This document shows, piece by piece, positions 55,475-64,000 of a stretch of DNA of 64,000 nucleotides. Under the pieces are notes generated by a model, which worked only from the letters and a program-made list of their open reading frames with translations, was not told the origin of the DNA and did not search any database. The stretch lies in the NCBI RefSeq assembly GCF_006345805.1, contig NC_043009.1, positions 10,106,001 to 10,170,000 on the forward strand, given 5' to 3'. The translations under genes were made by a program, and so were the position numbers. The first letter of the stretch is position 1, and each line of letters starts with the position of its first letter. The DNA comes from Octopus sinensis (taxonomy: Eukaryota).

Positions 55475-55493
55475 TATTATTTTTATTATTGCT

Positions 55494-55690
55494 AAGGTGG
55501 CGCGCTGGCAGAACCGTTAGCTCGCTGAGTGAAATGCTTAGCGATATTTCACTCGTCACTACCTTCTAAATTCAAATTCCGCGGTGGTCGACTTTGCCTT
55601 TCATCCGTTCGTAGTCGATAAATTATGTATCACTGAAACCCTGAGGTCCTTCCCCAAATTTCAGGACCTGTACTTTCAGTAGAAATTATT
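55494..55690 (+). mobile_element. SINE family A, decayed
   Basis: Head, core and tail 2. Confidence 0.8.
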
Positions 55691-56063
55691 ATTATTATTA
55701 TTATTTGATCGTACAGATAAAGCCACTCTATAGTGTTGAGTTTCTCATTTACTTTTCATATAATACTTGAATTTCTTTACAAATTGTTCCTGTTTCCATA
55801 GTTTTCTGTCGAATTTAATCGGTCATTTTGACAATATTGTTTTTGATAGTGTGTTTGATGTGTATAGTGACTATAAATATATTTCTCCCAAAATAGCAAA
55901 AAAAAAAAATATCGTTTCCATTGTTAGCCTTATTTTAAATTATCGATAAATAGATTAAGAGCATTCAAAGGAATCATATCCGTTTGGTGTTCTCAGTCAG
56001 TGAGTATTAACTATATGATATTGCTGTGAACATAAACCAGGAGTATGATTTCACAGAATATTA

Positions 56064-56480
56064 CTCTTTACTCTCTTTACTCTTTTACTTGTTTCAGTCA
56101 TTTGACTGCGGCCATGCTGGAGCACCGCCTTTAGTCGAGCAAATCGACCCCGGGACTTATTCTTTGTAAGCCCAGTACTTATTCTATCGGTCTCTTTTGC
56201 CAAACCGCTAAGTAACGGGGGACATAAACACACCAACATCGGTTGTCAAGCAATGCTAGGGGGACAAACACAGACACACAAACATACACACATACATATA
56301 TATATATACATATATACGACAGGCTTCTTTCAGTTTCCGTCTACCAAATCCACTCACAAGGCATTGGTCGGCCCGGGGCTATAGCAGAAGACACTTGCCC
56401 AAGATGCCACGCAGTGGGACTGAACCCAGAACCATGTGGCTGGTTAGCAAGCTACTTACCACACAGCCACTCCTGCGCCT
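56064..56480 (-). mobile_element. SINE family B, full length
   Basis: All modules present. Confidence 0.9.
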
Positions 56481-57186
56481 ATATTTTATTAAATATATTA
56501 TTTTTAAATATATTATTTTTTCATATGAAATTACCAGAAAATCAGATTTGAAGGTGGGTGTCTTCTTTGTATACATTTAACATTTAAATTTCGTTGTATT
56601 TTCTGACATTTCTTGTCGAAAGACGTTTTGACTCGCTTTTATCTTCCTGGAGTGGTAACATCCTCCCACCCACCGTATTATTTTGAATCATCGTCGATCC
56701 ACAAAATCCGTTTCATTACAAATGTTTATTTAGCACGTTGTGAAAATAAAACCACTGCATTTAATTTGCTATATAATGTGCTTGTAGACAGACTTTTAAA
56801 CGTTATGCATACTTCACGTTTAACTGCTGTCTCTGAAAGAAAATTTTGATTTCCATCGACTCGCGTTTTCAACTCTTTGGTCGGCTTGGGGCTGTAGTAG
56901 AAGACATTTGCCCAATGTGCGGTGCAAGGAGACTGATCCTGACACCAAGTAGTTGCAAAGCAAGCTTTGTAACCATACAGCTGCAACAGTACAGAGGGCC
57001 TCTATGTTGTGGTTCATCTTACTTTGAAATGGTAGCTCAATCGCCTTCGAATTATATTCTACCGTTTAAGAATACAAAAGACACTCTGGAAATGCAATTC
57101 TTTATACACTATTTTCAAATAAATATACAGTAGTAAAAAGGCACTACAAAAATACACTTTAGAACGGCTTTATGTATGGGATCAAA

Positions 57187-57245
<59 letters not shown>

Positions 57246-57265
57246 ATAATAATAATAATAATAAT

Positions 57266-57429
57266 AGGTGCAGGAGTGGCTGTGTGGTAAGTAGCTTGCT
57301 TACCAACCACATGGTCATGGATTCAGTCCCACTGCGTGGCACCTTGGGCAAGTGTTTTCTACTATAGCCTCGGGCCGACCAATGCCTTATGAGTGGATTT
57401 AGTAGACGGAAACTGGAAGAAGCCCGTCG

Positions 57430-57484
<55 letters not shown>

Positions 57485-57760
57485 GTGTGTGTGTGTTTGT
57501 GTGTGCGTGTATGTGTGTGTGCGTGTGTGTGCGTGTCTATATGTTTGTGTGTCCGTGTTTGTCCCCTCCCCCAACATCGCTTGACAATCGATACTGGTGT
57601 GTTTACGTCCCCGTAACTTAGCGGTTCGGCAAAAGAGACCGATAGAATAAGTACAAGGCTTACACAGAATAATCTCTGGGGTCGATTTGCTCGACTAAAG
57701 GCGGTGCTCCAGCATGGCCGCAATCAAATGACTGAAACAAGTAAAATAAAAGTAAAAATA
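57266..57760 (+). mobile_element. SINE family B, full length
   Basis: All modules present. Confidence 0.9.
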
Positions 57761-58280
57761 AAAATATAAGTTTTTCTGAATTTCTTGATTGTGTCGTTTG
57801 GAAAGTCTTTGAAATTTAAAAACTGATGTTAAACAACGACGACGACGATGACGACGATGACGATGACGACGATGACGATGATGGCGGCGGCGGCGACGAC
57901 GTGGGTAACAAGCGCTTCTTTGGTTTGCGGACTGAGATGAAATTGTCCAAATGAGTGCATGTGTTGCAGAAATATTCTCACAAAGCACATGCTATTGTTG
58001 CAACTTTATTTGGAACACCTAATTAGGGTTATTCAAGTAATTAACTTTATTAGCCTGATTGAATAATATTAATAAATACTGATTGATTTCAAACTGTTAG
58101 CATAATTACTATTTTTATTTCAACTAATTTTTATTGCCATAGAATCAATTACAAACAGTAACAAGTGTTGCTTAATTGCAAAAGATGCTTTCGCAGTAAA
58201 AAGGCACTACAAAAATACCAATACTTACAAACATATATGCATATGCATACATACATATGTGACCACCACCAGCACCATCA

Positions 58281-58580
58281 CCATGTCCGACTAGGCTATC
58301 AGATGTTGCTACACATCGCTGGTCACAATGCGCTTCGCATTGTTTTAGCCTACAAATGACGCCACCCCGCTGGCTAAGCGAGCAGGCCAACAGAAGAAAG
58401 AGTGAGAGAAAGTTGTGGCGAAAGAGTACTGCAGGGATCGCCACCACACCATGCTGGAGCCTCGTGGAACTTTAGGTGTTTTCGCTCACTAAACACTCAC
58501 AACGCCCGGTCTGGGAATCGAAACCGCGATCCTACGACTGCGAGCCCGCTGCCCTGACCACTGGGCCATTGTGCCTCCAC
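58281..58580 (-). mobile_element. SINE family D (tail type 2)
   Basis: TGGCCCAGTGG A-box, GGTTTCGATTCC B-box; body shared with 14993, tail shared with 17303. Confidence 0.8.
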
Positions 58581-58689
58581 ACATGCATATGTATACATAT
58601 AGAAATGCATATATTATATATACATATGTATGAACATATATCGATATAGATATGCATGTGTATATGATGCCTGCATGTATGTATATTTT

Positions 58690-59070
58690 TATCTTTTTCT
58701 TTTATTTGTTTTTGTCATCGGCCTGTGGTCATGCTGGAGAGCCCCCTTGAAAGGTTTAAGCGAACAAATAAACCCTATACTCATTTTAAAGTTTGGTGCT
58801 TGTTTTATCTTTTTTTCTCAATTGTTAAGTTACAAGTACGTAAACAAACCAACACCGGGTGTCAAGAGGCGGTAGTGGGTGTAAGAACAAACACAAAGAC
58901 ACGCCCGTATCTATACTATGACTTCCACGTTGTGTTCGTTCAGTCTACTGCGTTCACTCTTATGTTATTGGTTGGCCTGAAGCTATAGTACAAGATTTTT
59001 TACCTAATATGCCGCACAGTAGGACTGAACCCAAAACCATGTAGGCTGCAAAGCGAGCTTCGTAACCATA
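58690..59070 (-). mobile_element. Old SINE family B copy
   Basis: Degenerate family-B modules. Confidence 0.6.
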
Positions 59071-59082
59071 CGTCCATGTTTC

Positions 59083-59152
59083 TAACAGAAACCCGTCTCA
59101 TCCAGGCTTAGATTATCGGTAGTCTAAGCCTGAATGAGATAGAGGTCTGTTA
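59083..59152. repeat. 70-nt imperfect hairpin
   Basis: 32-bp arms; 27 positions pair when G:U is counted. Confidence 0.8.
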
Positions 59153-59670
59153 CATTATTGATTTTACCAAACCACTACTCCATTCGTAACTAGTTGGAAT
59201 CATAGAAAGTCTAAGTTTTAACAACGGAATTTCAGTTATATTAATTATTATATTAATTATATCGTTTTATTATGTTAAATATACAGGTTATGTTTTCGAT
59301 TTCGTTTTATAGTTAAGATAATTAATTGATTAACTAACATTCGTACTTCTTTCATAATATTAAAGATTTCTATAGTTTCTTAAGCGAGTGAAAGCGGAAC
59401 CCGCGAACACACGTCGTGAAAAGCAGAATAAATAATATAGATAATAATGAATAAAAAAAGAACGGGTTTTCATTATTGTCTGTTTTATTTTTTGTTATTA
59501 CAAAACATTAATAATACAATCATTTTATGCTTATTTATTTCCTTTTGCTTTAAATAAGATAATTTTGCAATAAACTTCACTGATGAAACTTGGACAGCCA
59601 TTTTGGACGAAATCTGTAATAATTCCTGTGAGAAATGTATACGAATTTAATGAGTTTGATATTTATCCAA

Positions 59671-60055
59671 TACTAGCAGTATCGCCCGGCGTTGCTCAGG
59701 TTTGTAAGGGAAATAACTATAAAGCATTTTTAGAGAGTTATAGCCAAAAAATAGCAAAAAAATGGAAAAAAATGATGGTAAATTTTTTTTGAGAGTTAAA
59801 AAAGGTGGAGTTGCGTCCCCTAGACGGTCTGTGGTTTGGGTTTCTGATTCTCGACCCCATGTCGAATTTATCTATTTTTTTCAGAACTGGGGGAACTTTT
59901 CAAAATTTTCGCTGCGTTAGTTTTGAATTATGACATTGGGCTATGTGTGTATCAAGTTTCATCAGAATCGGTTGAAAGCCGTGGTCAGGGTGAGGGTACG
60001 AGAAAACAGACACACAGAAAACGCACAGACAAACTGCCGTTTATAAGAGAGAGAT
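59671..60055 (+). mobile_element. Non-autonomous Helentron/Helitron-like element (DINE-1/HINE-like)
   Basis: TACTAGCAGTATCGCCCGGCGTTGCTC start, AAGTTTCATCAGAATCGG block, CAGACA-type repeats near the 3' end. Family is from recalled architecture. Confidence 0.6.
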
Positions 60056-60600
60056 TTATTTCTGTATCTCTCATTGTTTGATTCTCACGTGATCTAGTGG
60101 CATATATGTGGCACAAAGGTTTGTGCCTAATTCTGGACATACTGTTAGTCAATATTTACGTTTGATGCAACAATTCTGTTGCTCACTCGGTTACTTTGGT
60201 TCTTGTTTAATATATAATAATAATAATAAAAAAAAAAAAAGATATTAATGCAAAATTGAAAATGTGAATAATAATGTCTAAGGGAGGTAATGCAATGGAA
60301 CGATGGTAATTTTTGTTCTATAATTTCATAAAGCGGCATGAGAAAACTGGTGGAGGCCAATTAAACATGGAAGGAAACTGTTGAGTGTTGACTATTTTCG
60401 CCATGGCGCATGTGCTTTATGTACATTAGTTCTTTCTATGATTTTGTCATTAACAATAAATAAATAGGTAAATAAATAAATAAGACCAAAACTACTAGCT
60501 GTGAATACACACAGCCACATACACGCACACACAGGCACCGACACGCTCTCTCACATGCACAGAAACGCACACACATATACATTCATACATATGAATACAC

Positions 60601-60835
60601 AGCGAGCTGGCAGAAACGTTAGCGCACCGGGCGAAATGCTTATCGGTATTTCATCTGCCGCTACGTTCTGAGTTCAAATTCCGCCGAGGTCGACTTTGCC
60701 TTTCATCCTTTCGGGGTCGATAAATTAAGTACCAGTTACGCACTGGGGTCGATGTAATCGACTTAATCCGTTTGTCTGTCCTTTTTTGTCCACTCTATGT
60801 TTAGCCCCTTGTGGGTAGTAAAGAAATAGGTATAT
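60601..60835 (+). mobile_element. SINE family A (tail 1)
   Basis: Near-consensus copy. Confidence 0.9.
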
Positions 60836-60839
60836 GTAG

Positions 60840-61115
60840 GTGCGTGACCTTGTAGTTATGACTTTTCACTGACGATTGCGAAACAGTGGTTTTGATTCCT
60901 GGACCGGGTGAAGCGTTGTATTCTTGGACAAAACGGTTTATTTCACATTGTTCTGCGATCGCTTCGACTACTGACCGGTGGCATAGCGTGCACCCGTGCA
61001 GCCAGTGTCGATTTGACAGAGGAGTGGACTGCTTTACATTACAAACATTTGATCATGCTAAACAAATGAACACCGAGATATTTCGAGGTCCTCATCGTTC
61101 ATCTGCGACTGGAGA
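60840..61115 (+). mobile_element. Decayed SINE with a C-like head
   Basis: GGTTTTGATTCC B-box-like motif; TTCTTGGACAAAAC..TTTATTTCAC body. Confidence 0.55.
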
Positions 61116-61489
61116 AACCACAACGTATATACGGGTACATGGTTATATATTTATGTGTTTGAGTGTGCGTGTGTATGTGTGCGTGCGCGAGTGCGTGTAT
61201 GTGTGTGTGTACACGTGTGTGTACTTGTGTGTGTGTATGTGTACTTGTGTGTGTGTGTGCATGCATCAGATTTGTAAATAATATTAGTAAATTTAGTGTA
61301 AGACTACACATGCAGAGTAAAAAAGAATGTGCTTATGTAAAGTTAATAATTTTCTTTAATTAATTATTTAATTAATTTTCTTTAATTTTCTTTAAATAAT
61401 GGTCAGAGGAAATGGAATCAAATCTTGATAAAGAATCGAATGCACGCTCCCTTAATATTTAGTTACAACCTTATTACAGTCACACTTGA

Positions 61490-61544
<55 letters not shown>

Positions 61545-61566
61545 TAATAATGAGGTCATCAAATAA

Positions 61567-61906
61567 ATATATATATATATATAAAAACTTTTGTGACTGC
61601 TTCTGCGCGACACAGTACAATACATATATATCTATTCGTGTGTGTGTGTGTGTGCGTGCGTGTGTGTATGTGTGTGTGTGTGTGTGTGTGTTTTGGGTGA
61701 GCAATGCATTATAGAGACAATATCATCTGCGTTGACATACTTCATTTGTAGAGAATCTTTCACCCAAAACACACACACACACACACACACGCACGCACAC
61801 ACACACACGCACACACACACGCACACACGCACGAATAGATACGTATGTATTGTACTATGTGTCGCGCAGAAGCAGTCACAAAAGTTTTATATATATATAT
61901 ATATAT
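61567..61906. repeat. Foldback with ~135-bp arms including (TG)n/(CA)n
   Basis: Arms 61567-61700 and 61760-61906. Confidence 0.9.
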
Positions 61907-62042
61907 AAAATTATAAATTAGGGTATCTACGAGATACCACCATGCTGAAAATAGCAGCCATGATCTGACTCTAAAACCACCTTAATTGTCCATATCATGG
62001 ACAGCATGGTGGTATCTTGTAGATACCCTAATTTATAATTTT
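61907..62042. repeat. Foldback with 41-bp arms (1 mismatch)
   Basis: 61907-61947 pairs with 62002-62042. Confidence 0.92.
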
Positions 62043-62220
62043 AATAATTATTACCTTCGAAGGTTATTTTTTCCATGCTGACCACTTGATAAAATCGTTA
62101 TTTTATTTTAAATTAACGATCTTATCCTTATTTATATAAATTTAAATATATATATATATATATTTATTCTATATTAAATCTCGGAACGAGAGGTAAACAG
62201 TAACAGTACGGAATCGTAAA

Positions 62221-62440
62221 ATATACTTGTCGGCTAAATGTGGGGTCCCATAGAGGACAATGTTACTGTTGTCTTTAGCTCCAGGACGACATCTACCCCA
62301 GCTGGCTAACGACACGCTGTATCCGCAAATACTAATAGGACACAGACAGTGTGTCGTTAGCCAGCTGGAGGAGATGTCTTCCTGGGGCTAAAAACAACAG
62401 TAAGATTGTCCTCTACGGGACCACCACAGTTAGTTGGCAA

Positions 62441-62448
<8 letters not shown>
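62221..62448. mobile_element. Foldback MITE-like element (~100-bp arms, TA context)
   Basis: Arms pair with scattered mismatches around a ~25-nt loop. Confidence 0.75.
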
Positions 62449-62479
<31 letters not shown>

Positions 62480-62518
62480 CATTTGTGTGTGTGCGAGTGT
62501 ATGTGTGTGCGTGCGTAT

Positions 62519-62623
<105 letters not shown>

Positions 62624-63200
62624 TATAATATATATATATTATACATTATATATATATATTATATATATATAGATATTATTAAAAGCAGTAGAAAATTCCA
62701 GAAAACCTGTTACTCTGAGTTTCAGTGAAATTCAGAGTACCGTTTTTGAGAGTCTTGTTGCTTCTTTTAAATAAAGCATATTACTCTACCCCTGGTATTT
62801 GAGTACTCTTTTTTGCACCTTATTTCACATTTATGTGTTTACATATGTATATATACATATACATATATACATATGGGTGTCGGTGTGTGTATGTAAGCAT
62901 GTATGTATATACTCGACTTTGCGTATTGAAAGAGAATATGATAAAAAGAAACCCACCCACACAAGAAATTCGAATTGCAATAAATAATAAATATTTTAGA
63001 TGACAATGAAAATGGAAATCATTTAATATAATAAATACAGAGTTTCGTGAAAACATTAAAGAAGGGAATTAGGAAAGAATATGGGGAAAAAAAAGACAAG
63101 AAAGTAAAAAGAACAGAAAAACAATTTGGATAAAACAAGGTATGATAAAAATAAAGATAGCTATTTACATATCCTTTTGCTGCCACTATTATATATATAT

Positions 63201-63242
<42 letters not shown>

Positions 63243-63258
63243 TATATATGTATACATA

Positions 63259-63323
<65 letters not shown>

Positions 63324-63372
63324 CATACATACATACTACATATATATATATTATATATATATATATATATAT

Positions 63373-63455
63373 AGATAAATTATATATTCTCCTTACAGCA
63401 TCAAGCCAGTCAGGTGACTGTGGTGCTACAGCCGTCAGTAATACATACATACATA

Positions 63456-63500
<45 letters not shown>

Positions 63501-63835
63501 ATGCATGAAGTGAAGTTAATATACATCAGCGTTCATTCTATGCATTCAAATGTTTAAAATTTTGCTTTGAAAAATAAATAAAACTATAATTGGAAAACGA
63601 ACTTGCATTCGAAATTATCAGACACGAAGGGAATATTTTTTACACGGTTTGTTTCACTGCAGCAACCTGAGATGTCTGTCTCTTTGCCTACATACATATT
63701 TTATTGCACTACATTGATGCACATATACACTGCAGATTCATGGAGAGCTTCGTTTATATCCGTCCAGCTTGGGAGACTTCTCATGCAGTTGAGCAACAGC
63801 AGTTGTATTAATCAATGATTTCCGCTCACACACAC

Positions 63836-63894
<59 letters not shown>

Positions 63895-63991
63895 TATATA
63901 TATATAGATAAATTATATATTCTCCTTACAGCATCAAGCCAGTCAGGTGACTGTGGTGCTACAGCCGTCAGTAATACATACATACATACCT
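63373..63991 (+). repeat. Direct duplication of an ~86-bp non-microsatellite segment (63373-63458 / 63906-63991)
   Basis: Identical by eye; period 533 bp; each copy is flanked by (TA)n. Confidence 0.92.
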
Positions 63992-64000
63992 ATATATATA

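Noticed and set aside
60869-60890. CTGACGA-TTGC-GAAACAG as a hammerhead
   Set aside because: No stem II; it lies in the tRNA-like head of a decayed SINE.
62000-62360. Partial matches to miR-317 and miR-1994
   Set aside because: The flanking mature sequences do not match; both are short word matches inside foldback arms.

Overview
AT-rich eukaryotic DNA made mostly of microsatellites and transposon relics. The SINE families and microsatellite load look like octopus (cephalopod) DNA; this is inferred from recognition, not from a search. I found no supportable host protein-coding gene: almost every ORF in the track is translated microsatellite, and the protein-like ones are TE remnants. These remnants are a nearly intact Neptune-type Penelope-like element (PLE; RT + GIY-YIG), a CR1 RT fragment, several R4/Dong-like fragments embedded in (AAT)n arrays, Tx1-like 3' ends in (CTAT)n arrays, RTE fragments, an internally deleted Gypsy element and a decayed Chapaev3-like transposon with a TTA TSD. 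MITEs, a Helentron-type element and many tRNA-derived SINEs fill the rest. Main findings: (1) minimal hammerhead-ribozyme motifs in PLE-type repeats that carry three different Watson-Crick versions of the core 3-8 pair (C-G, U-A, G-C); (2) a 28S rRNA fragment fused to a SINE and inserted as one unit, with a 7-bp TSD, into a Gypsy integrase; (3) a SINE tail homologous to the 3' end of the Tx1-like LINE; (4) an orphan ~530-bp non-coding element that alternates with R4 3' ends in AAT/GAT arrays; (5) several long foldback hairpins. Boundaries were read by eye and may be off by a few to tens of bases.
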